Of a DNA stretch of 64,000 nt, positions 50,545-59,008 are shown in pieces (position 1 is the first letter of the stretch; each line of letters starts with the position of its first letter). The stretch lies in IMG/VR virus record IMGVR_UViG_3300043567_000723; one strand, given 5' to 3'. A model generated the notes under the pieces. It did not search any database and was not told where the DNA came from. It saw only the letters and a list, made by a program, of their open reading frames with translations. Position numbers and translations under genes: made by a program. The stretch is from a virus. Taxonomy: Duplodnaviria; Caudoviricetes.

Positions 50545-50817
50545 ATGAAACTGACAGAGCAAGAAACGCAGTTAGTTTATCAATTGTTGCGCGTTTCAAA
50601 TGCAGCGGTAAGCAAACACAAAATCGAGCTAATCCGCCAATACATTAAAGACACCAAAAACGACGAATGCGCGGATTCAGCGGAATTAGACGCCACATTT
50701 GACTTCCACGAAAAAATATGGCAACTTCTCCAAAAAGTTGAAAAACGCGTAAAAAACAGCGACAAAAAATCGTTGAATAAGAAACCAAGGAACGGTAATC
50801 GTGAGAGACGAACTTGA
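50545..50817 (+). CDS. Hypothetical protein
   Basis: Operon spacing. Confidence 0.65.
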   Translation: MKLTEQETQLVYQLLRVSNAAVSKHKIELIRQYIKDTKNDECADSAELDATFDFHEKIWQLLQKVEKRVKNSDKKSLNKKPRNGNRERRT

Positions 50818-51265
50818 GCAGCAATTGGTCACGAAGTTTCCTGAGCTGTTTGGAGATCGGGACAAACCGCCCACGGAAACGCTGATTTGTTTTGGCTGCG
50901 AGTGCGACGACGGCTGGTTTGACCTGATCTACACAGCCTGCCACGTGATTCAAAATCACATGGAATACAAGCCTGAAACTCCGCAGTTTCGGTTTAGCCA
51001 AATCAAAGAAAAGTTTGGCGGACTGCGGTTGTACTTCTACGGCGGCGATGACTACACACGCGCGGTGTGCGTCGTGGCTGAAACTATGTCGTACAAGATC
51101 TGCGAGATCACTGGCGACCGCGGGCAGCTGTGTTCAACCGGATACTGGCTGCGCACTTTGTCACCAGCAATGGCAGAAAAACACGGATACAAGCTGCTGT
51201 CAAAGGATGACGACGATGACGAAGAAAAAAACAATAGCGACAGCGCCGAGCAAACAGAAAAGTGA
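50801..51265 (+). CDS. Conserved phage hypothetical protein
   Basis: EC.DGW..LI..QIKEKFGGLR.Y..CE..G..G..W..TL. Confidence 0.75.
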   Translation: MRDELEQQLVTKFPELFGDRDKPPTETLICFGCECDDGWFDLIYTACHVIQNHMEYKPETPQFRFSQIKEKFGGLRLYFYGGDDYTRAVCVVAETMSYKICEITGDRGQLCSTGYWLRTLSPAMAEKHGYKLLSKDDDDDEEKNNSDSAEQTEK

Positions 51266-51596
51266 GCGGGCTCCGCGCGTGTCAGTGCCCGAGCTATTTC
51301 GGTTGTGGCACGAAGAAATAAACACAACCGATATCTGCGTGCGGCTTGGTATTAGCAAATCAGCTATTAGCCGGCTAGCTAAAAGATACGGATTGCCAAA
51401 ACGAAAAAACGGCAATAACGGAAAAACTAAAAACGTTGACCCGTCGCCAGAAGAAATAGCAAAGTTGGCACTTGAAACACGCGCAAAATGGTCGGATAAA
51501 GAACTAGACGATCGCTATCAAGGTCCGAGTCGCAAGAACTGGTGCGCGCCTGCGTATACGTATAACGCTAGCAGCGGCAGCTTTTTACCAAAATGA
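51207..51596 (+). CDS. HTH DNA-binding protein (GcrA-like N-terminus)
   Basis: LFRLW...ICVRLGISKSAISRLAKRYGL; DPSPEEI motif; start uncertain. Confidence 0.6.
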   Translation: MTTMTKKKTIATAPSKQKSERAPRVSVPELFRLWHEEINTTDICVRLGISKSAISRLAKRYGLPKRKNGNNGKTKNVDPSPEEIAKLALETRAKWSDKELDDRYQGPSRKNWCAPAYTYNASSGSFLPK

Positions 51597-51605
51597 GCAA
51601 CGCAA

Positions 51606-51839
51606 ATGACACTACCTTACGAGCGTTATCGCGCGGTGCAACACGCCCGGGAATTGCTGCAAGACTTACTAGACGCAAAGAAAACGCCAAAAGTACCAAG
51701 AAAAATTCGCCTGCGTGCGCTCAGTGTGTTGCGGCACTATCCGTATAAATATGACATGGAGAATGCGGCACAAGCAGCGCCAGACGTATTTGCAGTAACA
51801 AGCCCGCTGTGTAAAGGAGACACGCGCGAAGATGCTTAG
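51606..51839 (+). CDS. BPSL0761-family-like protein
   Basis: MTLP.ER.RAV...RELL..L.....P.VP..IR..A...LRHYP. Confidence 0.75.
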   Translation: MTLPYERYRAVQHARELLQDLLDAKKTPKVPRKIRLRALSVLRHYPYKYDMENAAQAAPDVFAVTSPLCKGDTREDA

Positions 51840-52161
51840 AACAAATAAAAAGTACGACGGTTACGAACCGTCAGACCAAGATATTGTTATCAATAACTAC
51901 AGGCTCGTCTGTACGTGCCCCGCGTGCCCTGAGCAATATGACGTATTTGACGATACCACTGGCGGGCTTATGGGCTACCTGCGTTTGCGCCACGGCGACT
52001 TTCGCGCTGACTGCCCAGACGTTGGCGGCGAAATTGTCTACTCGTCAAATCCAAAAGGCGACGGAATATTTGACGAAGACGAACGGTTACCAGAACTCAT
52101 AAAAGCCGTAGTGGCAATAAAAAACTGGTGGGACAAACTTAAGGAGGAGCAAAATATATGA
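51832..52161 (+). CDS. Conserved phage hypothetical protein
   Basis: TC.ACPEQYD..GYLRLRHG.F. Confidence 0.7.
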   Translation: MLRTNKKYDGYEPSDQDIVINNYRLVCTCPACPEQYDVFDDTTGGLMGYLRLRHGDFRADCPDVGGEIVYSSNPKGDGIFDEDERLPELIKAVVAIKNWWDKLKEEQNI

Positions 52162-52421
52162 AAAAACAACACGACGATGCCGGCATTTGGTCGCTGATGG
52201 CAATAGTGTTTATTATCGGCACATTTGTATCTATGGTAATCGGCGGCGTTACAAATACAAGCAGCACGCCAACTCCAATGTTCAACCCCGACGCAGGCTC
52301 GTTTGAGCATCGGTACGTCAAAGAGCGCGTCAAGTTAGAAGGCTATAGCGACAAAGAAGCAAGCCAAGCCGCAGACGCGATCATGAAGTTTCACAACGCT
52401 CAACAGGCGCGCAAGAAATGA
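52158..52421 (+). CDS. Small membrane-anchored protein
   Basis: AAGGAGG SD; N-terminal TM helix. Confidence 0.7.
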   Translation: MKKQHDDAGIWSLMAIVFIIGTFVSMVIGGVTNTSSTPTPMFNPDAGSFEHRYVKERVKLEGYSDKEASQAADAIMKFHNAQQARKK

Positions 52422-52555
52422 AAACGTACATTGTGTACGACCCCAAGGGCGATGAGATGCCCGAACTAATTAAAGCGGCAAGCCATAACGCAGCCGAAAA
52501 GAAAGCCGTAAAAAAATACGGCGCAGGTTCAAGCGTCTCTTACACTGAGGTTTAA
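52418..52555 (+). CDS. 45-aa hypothetical protein (below ORF-track cutoff)
   Basis: ATGA overlap; MKTYIVYDPKGDEMPELIKAASHNAAEKKAVKKYG...; fills the gap exactly. Confidence 0.6.
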   Translation: MKTYIVYDPKGDEMPELIKAASHNAAEKKAVKKYGAGSSVSYTEV

Positions 52556-52556
52556 C

Positions 52557-52883
52557 GTGACCCAGAAATACAAATATCTGGACAAAGGATTTCTCAACCG
52601 CATCAATCGCATGTCGCGCGACGTGCTGCAGTACAACAGGTCGCTACCGCAGTCGCTAGTAGACGCGCTACCAGAAGAGCGGTTTTACGTTATCACGTGG
52701 TCAATGTTGCACGAGCACATTGCCGGAAAGCCGGCTGACCCGCATATGCGCTGCCTGATCTATGGCGGCCCAGACGTACCAAACCCACTAATCCTCGATA
52801 TGGAAATGGGATTGTACGAGATTCTGCCTGAATACGAAGTGCGTGAAAAAGAAAACGGCGAAATTGAAACCGTGCAAGTTTAA
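52557..52883 (+). CDS. Hypothetical protein
   Basis: GAGG SD, GTG start. Confidence 0.65.
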   Translation: MTQKYKYLDKGFLNRINRMSRDVLQYNRSLPQSLVDALPEERFYVITWSMLHEHIAGKPADPHMRCLIYGGPDVPNPLILDMEMGLYEILPEYEVREKENGEIETVQV

Positions 52884-52896
52884 TGAAAGGATTTAT

Positions 52897-54324
52897 ATGG
52901 GACGAGGGAGCAATAAGCGAATGGCCAAGAAACGCGCTGCCCGGCAAGTTGCGGCAGCAAGAAATGAAAGCTATCTAGACGCGCAAGACGTAGATCTTGA
53001 CGACGAAGATATGGTTGTGGCAAATGTTACAGTCAAGCCAAAGCAGTTGTCGTGGAAGCACCGCAAGTCTGGAGAGACGGGTGTATTCGCAGCGCTGTTT
53101 GAAGAAGTGCTATACGACGTACCAGAAGGATTGAGCGCTACACCGGCGACACGTATTGCAAAATACAACGCCATTATGCGGGCTATTAATTCAACGCCGG
53201 CAAACGCGGACAAGACTGGAACCATCACAGTCCGCATTCCGTGGACGATGTTGGACTTCCCGCCAGACGGCGTGGGCCGTGAGGTGCGCGTTAATAAAGG
53301 CCACATCGGCCATATTGTGCGGCATTATCACGAGCCAAGCTGGTGCCCGCCAATGGTTACAATGCTGCCAATCTATGACGACAACGGGCAGCTTATTACC
53401 GTGCGCTTTTATGTACCAGATGGCTGGCATCGCACACGTATCCGGCTAGAGATGCATTACGCGCAAAACCCGGAGAATCTGCGCACAGGTAAAAATCCTG
53501 TCGAGATCGAAGTGAGTGCGGCGCCAGTAAAGTCTATTGTTGAAGTAGCAGAGGCGTTTGCTGCTGCTAACGGCAAAGGCACGCAGCCGATGGCCGGCAG
53601 CGATTCGTGGCGCAACGACTACATTGCCGGCGAAGAAAACGTTGTCAAGGCAGTTGAGCTGGCGGCTGAGTATGGGCTTGATGCATCTGCGTCCCCAAAC
53701 AAGCGCGGTTGGCCGCGGTTTACAAACGGCAAGATCATCATGCATATGTGCAATGGCGCGCGTTATCATTTTCCGTGGATCACAGAAAAAGACGTACGCC
53801 GAGCACTGCAGCTGATTACAGATCCGGCGTGTGAAGGGCTGTACGGTCACAAAGACGCCTTGAAGCAAAACTTCTTTGGCGGACTGTGCCACCTGATTGC
53901 TTATTACGAGCGACCGGGTTACATGCACGACGCAGGGCTAAAGCACGTGTTCTCTCGACCTGACGTTTTGTCGCGCGTCGAAGAGCTGGCCAAGGAAATG
54001 TCGCCAGCGTTGCTCGTAGTTGAAATGCAGATTCCAGAAGCGTCAATCTCGCGTGACGAGTCAAAGCGCTATCACAACTACGCTGCGGCAATGCGCCGGC
54101 TATACTTAGCCAGCGTACCGGCACCAAAAGCGCGCAACAGCAACTGGATGGAATGCCCGCCAGAGCTGCGACAGTTGTTTCACGTAGCGCCCGGCATTCA
54201 AGATGAAAACGAGCGTAAGCGATTCATTGCCGAAATGAACGCTGCGCTTATTAAGAAAACAGGACCCAAGAAAAGGGCCAACAAGAGCAAAATTACCGAT
54301 GAAGATAAAAACTTCACACGGTAA
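52897..54324 (+). CDS. ParB/Srx-like (DUF6551-like) domain protein
   Basis: I..IVRHY..P.V...FYVPDGWHR, resembling the ParB-like DG.HR motif. Confidence 0.55.
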   Translation: MGRGSNKRMAKKRAARQVAAARNESYLDAQDVDLDDEDMVVANVTVKPKQLSWKHRKSGETGVFAALFEEVLYDVPEGLSATPATRIAKYNAIMRAINSTPANADKTGTITVRIPWTMLDFPPDGVGREVRVNKGHIGHIVRHYHEPSWCPPMVTMLPIYDDNGQLITVRFYVPDGWHRTRIRLEMHYAQNPENLRTGKNPVEIEVSAAPVKSIVEVAEAFAAANGKGTQPMAGSDSWRNDYIAGEENVVKAVELAAEYGLDASASPNKRGWPRFTNGKIIMHMCNGARYHFPWITEKDVRRALQLITDPACEGLYGHKDALKQNFFGGLCHLIAYYERPGYMHDAGLKHVFSRPDVLSRVEELAKEMSPALLVVEMQIPEASISRDESKRYHNYAAAMRRLYLASVPAPKARNSNWMECPPELRQLFHVAPGIQDENERKRFIAEMNAALIKKTGPKKRANKSKITDEDKNFTR

Positions 54325-54338
54325 AGTAAGATAAACGC

Positions 54339-54383
54339 GTAGGGGCGGGTGTAATAACCCGCCCCTACCGTTTCTTTTCTTTT
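54339..54383 (+). terminator. Rho-independent terminator
   Basis: GTAGGGGCGGGT-GTAATA-ACCCGCCCCTAC then TTTCTTTTCTTTT. Confidence 0.9.
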
Positions 54384-54588
54384 GATATCAGCAGCTTGTC
54401 CGGCAGCTTCCTGTCCAGTAAAGCCGGGCTCACTTGTCTGTTCTACGTGCTGTGTTCACTTCCACAGAAAACAGACTGGTAATCCCAAACGCGTGTCACG
54501 ATAGGTTCATGCCCTATTGTGTGACTGTGCAATTCAGTCGTTGGGATCTTTTTAAAAACGTGTAGTACCTACAAAGCTACAACAACAA

Positions 54589-54750
54589 ATGACCAGAGAA
54601 CAAGCAATAAAGTTTATTCTGCGCGTTTTAAACAGCCGAATGTCAATCTTGAGTCCAGACAAAGCAAAAGCATTACAACTAGCAGAAGAACACAAAGTAA
54701 CAACTATAGAGTTGATCGAAGCGTACGAAAAAATAGCTAAACAGATCTAA
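54589..54750 (+). CDS. 53-aa hypothetical protein (below ORF-track cutoff)
   Basis: MTREQAIKFILRVLNSRMSILSPDKAKALQLAEEHKVTTIELIEAYEKIAKQI, amphipathic helical. Confidence 0.5.
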   Translation: MTREQAIKFILRVLNSRMSILSPDKAKALQLAEEHKVTTIELIEAYEKIAKQI

Positions 54751-54985
54751 GCTGTCATCTAAAAAATAATCAAACAGCCCCCGATCATCTAATACCCTTA
54801 AAAACGCTTAGAGAGCCTTTTTGGCTCTAAGCTCCGTGTAGGCAAAGCCTACACTAGGTCCGCGTAAATCGGACAAGATTTGTGTTTTGCGCTTGCTCTA
54901 AGTCTTTGGTGCGTAAGACTTTGAAGCGCAATTTTGGGTCATTTTACCCCCTTGGTTTTGCCCTCGCACCAATTTAAATATCAAA

Positions 54986-55876
54986 ATGTCAGATCTCACT
55001 CTTATGCCCGCTAGAAAAAAACGGGCTGCAACGATAGGCTCTGTCCAAGTAGCAGTCAAAACTGTGACGGGCAAAGCGCTACGAGCCAGAAAAAAACGAC
55101 AGCAGCGCCGGCAGACAGCTTCCGGGTGCGTTCTGTACCGCGGGCCGAGCCCGTGGGCGTTAGACGGCCTCCCAGAAGCTGACAGGGCCATTGTGATCCT
55201 GCTGACGTTCTCGTCCACGAACCGCAAGACAGGCGACACGTGCCAGCTGTGGCTTTTTGCCGACAAGCTCAAGCCCACCGAAGCCAAAGCTGCTGGGCTG
55301 AACCAGCTGGTCTGTGGCGACTGCGCGCTGATGCAGGTCTGCTACGTCAAGCTGCATCAGGCTCCGCGCATGATCTGGAACTCCTACAAGAACGGAAACT
55401 ACCCAGATTACCAGCCAGACCAGCACGATTGGATTATTGCTGAGAAAGGCGTTCGGTTCGGCGCCTACGGCGATCCAGTTCTGGTACCGATTGAATTGGT
55501 CCAGCATTTTGTTAGAGTTTCAAATCACAACTACACCGGGTTCACAGAGCAATGGGCCAAACCCGAGTACCAGATGTACCGGCCGTATTTCATGGCCAGC
55601 GTTCACCGCGACGAAGATATTCCCAGAGCCACGGCACTGGGTTGGCGCCACTACAGGGTTGGCACTGACGGCCCGAAAGCCGGCGAAGTCTTGTGCCCGC
55701 ACCAGAACGAAAAACTTACGCAGGTTATTCAGTGCAGCACGTGTCAGGCGTGCAATGGCGCCAGCAGACCAGTGGGCCAGCAGCAGCGTCACAGTATTTT
55801 TGCCTATCCGACTGGCACAAAGTACATCAACACGCGATGGAAGAAAAACCTCGCAAGAACTCAACTAGAAAATTAA
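54986..55876 (+). CDS. Cys-rich GP88-like / radical-SAM-like phage protein
   Basis: N.KTGD..Q..CGDC..CY; VRFGAYGDP; FMASV; LCP..C.TC.AC. Confidence 0.6.
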   Translation: MSDLTLMPARKKRAATIGSVQVAVKTVTGKALRARKKRQQRRQTASGCVLYRGPSPWALDGLPEADRAIVILLTFSSTNRKTGDTCQLWLFADKLKPTEAKAAGLNQLVCGDCALMQVCYVKLHQAPRMIWNSYKNGNYPDYQPDQHDWIIAEKGVRFGAYGDPVLVPIELVQHFVRVSNHNYTGFTEQWAKPEYQMYRPYFMASVHRDEDIPRATALGWRHYRVGTDGPKAGEVLCPHQNEKLTQVIQCSTCQACNGASRPVGQQQRHSIFAYPTGTKYINTRWKKNLARTQLEN

Positions 55877-56057
55877 TCAAAGAACTAAAAATGAACAACA
55901 TTCATTTTGATCCGGTAGCCGTTATTGACCACCCAGAATTATTGACCTCTGAGCTAGGTAAGGTATGCTGCGCAATATTTTGTATGCGCGATAGCTTTAA
56001 AGACGACTGCCGTTTGCCTAAAGAATAGGCCGCGTACGTTTTAACACGGAGGTTTAT

Positions 56058-56588
56058 ATGAGTTTGATTCGTGGCAACATGTCTGTTCGACGCAACGATA
56101 AATGCCCGTGCGACAGCGGCAAGAAATATAAACATTGCCACTCGCCGGAAGCGTCAAAGCATCCAAACAGCCACATGAAGCCGGTGAAGTACATAGACAG
56201 CGGCGAAGAAGCTGTGAAGTACGTAATCGGCGATAGTACAGGCGTAAAATTCTTCTCCGACAAAGATAACAATATCCTTGTCTTTGCCTCGCGCGAAGAA
56301 GCCACGGCAATTGCGCTGCTCGAAGACTTTGCTGACCAAGCGCCCGGCGAGATTAACGTTGCCGGCGTTGGGCAAACCAAGTGGGAGCATTTGCAAACCA
56401 AGCTGCCGTATGTAGAAGTTAAAAGTGTTGAGCACGCCGCGAGCCTCATTCGCGAGCGTATTGAAATTCAAGCCGCCAAACTGGAGAGCATGTCTGATGA
56501 AGTCGACCAACCAGAAGAAGAAAATAGTTCCAAAGAAAAAGCCCAGCCGGAAACCGCAAGCGAAGAAAACGAAATCAACGCGCAGTGA
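56058..56588 (+). CDS. SEC-C motif protein
   Basis: RRNDKCPCDSGKKYKHCH near N-terminus; ACGGAGG SD. Confidence 0.85.
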   Translation: MSLIRGNMSVRRNDKCPCDSGKKYKHCHSPEASKHPNSHMKPVKYIDSGEEAVKYVIGDSTGVKFFSDKDNNILVFASREEATAIALLEDFADQAPGEINVAGVGQTKWEHLQTKLPYVEVKSVEHAASLIRERIEIQAAKLESMSDEVDQPEEENSSKEKAQPETASEENEINAQ

Positions 56589-56883
56589 TGCCGTTGACGT
56601 AGTCCTTCTTGAAACGCTGGACGAGTTGGTGTCTGTATTGAAGGGTCACCGGGAAGTGCTGGCCGACCTGCAAAAGCATGTAGCTGCGTTATATGCGCGC
56701 AGTAAATACGATAATCAGCCGCAGCAGCCGCAGCCGCAACAATGGCCTAGCTGGCCGTTAGCCGGCAAAGGCACATACACATATGCGGCGCCGTATTACG
56801 TCGACTGCACGAACGGTTCGCAGCATTTGTACGGGTATATCGGCAACCAGCCAGCGGGTTCAAACCAACCTAAGAACAAATAA
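56497..56883 (+). CDS. Hypothetical protein (start uncertain)
   Basis: Coiled coil then Q/P-rich tail. Confidence 0.45.
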   Translation: MKSTNQKKKIVPKKKPSRKPQAKKTKSTRSDAVDVVLLETLDELVSVLKGHREVLADLQKHVAALYARSKYDNQPQQPQPQQWPSWPLAGKGTYTYAAPYYVDCTNGSQHLYGYIGNQPAGSNQPKNK

Positions 56884-56885
56884 CA

Positions 56886-57182
56886 ATGGACCTTGAGCCT
56901 ATTTGGGCCGGCGACAAGCAGGCTATTCGGCTTGCCATGGGTGAGTTGAGCGCGCAAGAAATGCGTAGCGTTCTTGCGTTGCTCAATCTTCTTCGCCCAG
57001 AGCACGAGAAGCTGCAATACAAGCTGCGCGAGTATTCATTGGAATTACTCGCGCTGCACGATCAGGCACTATTAACTCAGATGGCTTACCTCAAACAACA
57101 AGGATGCTGTAATGACGTTTCACGAACTGGAAGAGAAGGTGCTGCAGTGGGCGATGGACCGGAAGATCATTCCCAACAGTAA
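56886..57182 (+). CDS. Hypothetical protein
   Basis: Operon spacing; 3' end overlaps MazG-like gene. Confidence 0.55.
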   Translation: MDLEPIWAGDKQAIRLAMGELSAQEMRSVLALLNLLRPEHEKLQYKLREYSLELLALHDQALLTQMAYLKQQGCCNDVSRTGREGAAVGDGPEDHSQQ

Positions 57183-57420
57183 TCCCACAGCGCAACTCAT
57201 GAAGACAATGTCGGAGTTGGGCGAGTTAGCCGACGCCACGCTCAAGGGCGATGACGCCGGCATTGTGGACGGCGTAGGCGACGTGCTGGTGACACTGATT
57301 CTGTACTGCAAATTACAAGAAATCAGCGTAGCGGCATGTTTAGGTCGTGCCTACGATGAGATTAAAGATAGAAAAGGCACTTTAACACCAGAAGGTATTT
57401 TTGTGAAAGAGACAGCATGA
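57112..57420 (+). CDS. MazG-like NTP pyrophosphohydrolase
   Basis: W..DR.I..QL.K..SELGELA.A......DG.GD..VTLI. Confidence 0.85.
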   Translation: MTFHELEEKVLQWAMDRKIIPNSNPTAQLMKTMSELGELADATLKGDDAGIVDGVGDVLVTLILYCKLQEISVAACLGRAYDEIKDRKGTLTPEGIFVKETA

Positions 57421-57722
57421 TCGATCCAAATAAAGTAATAAGTGACTGCGAGCAAGCCGATCATATTATGCAGGATCAACGGGCCGAAATTGATCGGCTC
57501 AAGGAAGCCCTCCGCCGCCTCGCTGACCAAGACGCCACGCTCTCGGTGTGCAACGGCAACGTAATTGTGACGATGGACGCCACGCTCACCGACGAGGAGT
57601 TGGAGGCGGTGGAGTGGTCGATTAACGATCAGATTGCCGGTGGGCATCAAGATCACCCAACTGTTAAAGCCGTTATCGTCACCCTGCGCGGCCTGCTGGA
57701 GCGGCTTGGAGGTGACAAGTGA
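57417..57722 (+). CDS. LTDEER-family small protein 1
   Basis: LTDEELEAVEW...TLRGLLERL. Confidence 0.75.
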   Translation: MIDPNKVISDCEQADHIMQDQRAEIDRLKEALRRLADQDATLSVCNGNVIVTMDATLTDEELEAVEWSINDQIAGGHQDHPTVKAVIVTLRGLLERLGGDK

Positions 57723-57970
57723 GTGACATCGTTTTCGACGGCATGGTGTTTGACAGGCTCCGCGAGATAGGCGACCAGAGCGACAGGATTGCATCGCTGG
57801 AGTCAGAGATCGCCCGCCTGCGCCTCACCGACGATGAACGGGAGACGATCAAGCGGGCGATTGACTCGCAGCAGGACCGGGCTGCCGAAATGCACAGTAG
57901 ATCATGGGACGCAGCCGCCATCGACGAGGACTGCGACACGCTACGCGGGCTGCTGGAACGACTAGGTTGA
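57719..57970 (+). CDS. LTDEER-family small protein 2
   Basis: LRLTDDERETI...TLRGLLERL. Confidence 0.75.
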   Translation: MSDIVFDGMVFDRLREIGDQSDRIASLESEIARLRLTDDERETIKRAIDSQQDRAAEMHSRSWDAAAIDEDCDTLRGLLERLG

Positions 57971-58013
57971 GAACACCGAAGATCAACAGCCGCGAACTAG
58001 GAGGGCGGCGACT

Positions 58014-58337
58014 ATGAGCGATACGAATGAGCAGTCTGTTGCATCGAATGGTTCTCACGGGGAGCCAGTCGCGTGGGGTGTGTTTTACGGCGATGGAAAA
58101 CTTCATTCATTATTGGACTCGCACGCAAAGGCCGAATGCACGGCGTTGACAATGCGAAAGTTCGACCATCTCGGCGTCTATGTTTCGCCGCTCTATTGCC
58201 AGCCAACGCTCACCGAAGCGGAGCAACTCGCAGTTGCATGGGCGGCGAGAGAGGCCGACGAGTGGGACGAGGAAGACACCCCAGAGGTCGCTGCACACGC
58301 CGATGCGTTGCGCGGGTTGGCAAGGCGACTATTCTGA
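58014..58337 (+). CDS. LTDEER-family small protein 3
   Basis: LTEAEQLAVAW...ALRGLARRL; EPVAWGV motif. Confidence 0.75.
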   Translation: MSDTNEQSVASNGSHGEPVAWGVFYGDGKLHSLLDSHAKAECTALTMRKFDHLGVYVSPLYCQPTLTEAEQLAVAWAAREADEWDEEDTPEVAAHADALRGLARRLF

Positions 58338-58375
58338 GAACGAACAGGATCGCGTGGTTCTGGAGACACACACAC

Positions 58376-58543
58376 ATGACAATCACTCAAATAATCGGCG
58401 CTGCACTGATCTCATCACCATTTGCGGGCGTTGCTGTGTTGTGCCACATGCACGGCGGCTGGCCCGCCGTTGCTGTAGTGTTTGGTGCGAGCGGAGCCGT
58501 TGTTGCTGCTATCGCACTTGGGTGTCGACTTCTGGTTCCATAA
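58376..58543 (+). CDS. Small two-TM membrane protein (55 aa)
   Basis: GGAG SD; MTITQIIGAALISSPFAGVAVL... Confidence 0.6.
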   Translation: MTITQIIGAALISSPFAGVAVLCHMHGGWPAVAVVFGASGAVVAAIALGCRLLVP

Positions 58544-58568
58544 CACGCAGGATCAGGAGCGGCGAACA

Positions 58569-58763
58569 ATGAGCGATGACAACACGCACATGGCTACGGC
58601 AAAGCTGGCTGCCGCGAACACATGGCTGCAAGAAGAAATCAAGCGGTTGCGGCTCACCGACGCGGAGCGGGAGGCGGTGGAGTGGGCGGAAGAACTCGCT
58701 GGAAACTGCGAAGAGTTTGATCGCGTTGACACGCTTCGCAACCTACTGGAGAGAACGAAGTGA
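58569..58763 (+). CDS. LTDEER-family small protein 4
   Basis: AGGAG SD; LRLTDAEREAVEW...TLRNLLERTK. Confidence 0.75.
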   Translation: MSDDNTHMATAKLAAANTWLQEEIKRLRLTDAEREAVEWAEELAGNCEEFDRVDTLRNLLERTK

Positions 58764-59008
58764 CTAAAACACAATGTCAAGTTCCGTCGCAAATAAACGT
58801 GACGCTCACAGACGAGCAGCGAGAGTCATTGCGGGCGTCCTTGTCAGGCGGTGCAGGAGGCCCGCTGGTTCATCCACCGCAGCCCGCGCTCACCGACGAG
58901 GAGCGTGAGGCGATACAGCGGCTGATTGAAGATTACGAACAAGACGGCGAGCCAGCGAGCGCAGTCTGTGTTGCCACGCTGCGTACTTTATTAGAAAGGC
59001 TGAAATGA
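58760..59008 (+). CDS. LTDEER-family small protein 5
   Basis: VTLTDEQRESL and PALTDEEREAI...TLRTLLERLK. Confidence 0.75.
   Translation: MTKTQCQVPSQINVTLTDEQRESLRASLSGGAGGPLVHPPQPALTDEEREAIQRLIEDYEQDGEPASAVCVATLRTLLERLK

Larger units (their letters stand above)
57971..58567 (+). repeat. Degenerate 27-nt intergenic repeat, copies at 57971-57997 and 58541-58567, partial copy at about 58338
   Basis: GAACACCGAAGATCAACAGCCGCGAAC vs TAACACGCAGGATCAGGAGCGGCGAAC (20/27 identical); partial GAACGAACAGGATC. Confidence 0.6.

Noticed and set aside
55890-56028. 45-aa tail of ORF 55693-56028 (MNNIHFDP...)
   Set aside because: Could be a small gene but has no clear SD or family features; not supported enough to list.
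57971-58567. Integron attC sites or mini-CRISPR
   Set aside because: No GTTRRRY partner or L boxes, no integrase, repeats too degenerate and separated by whole genes.
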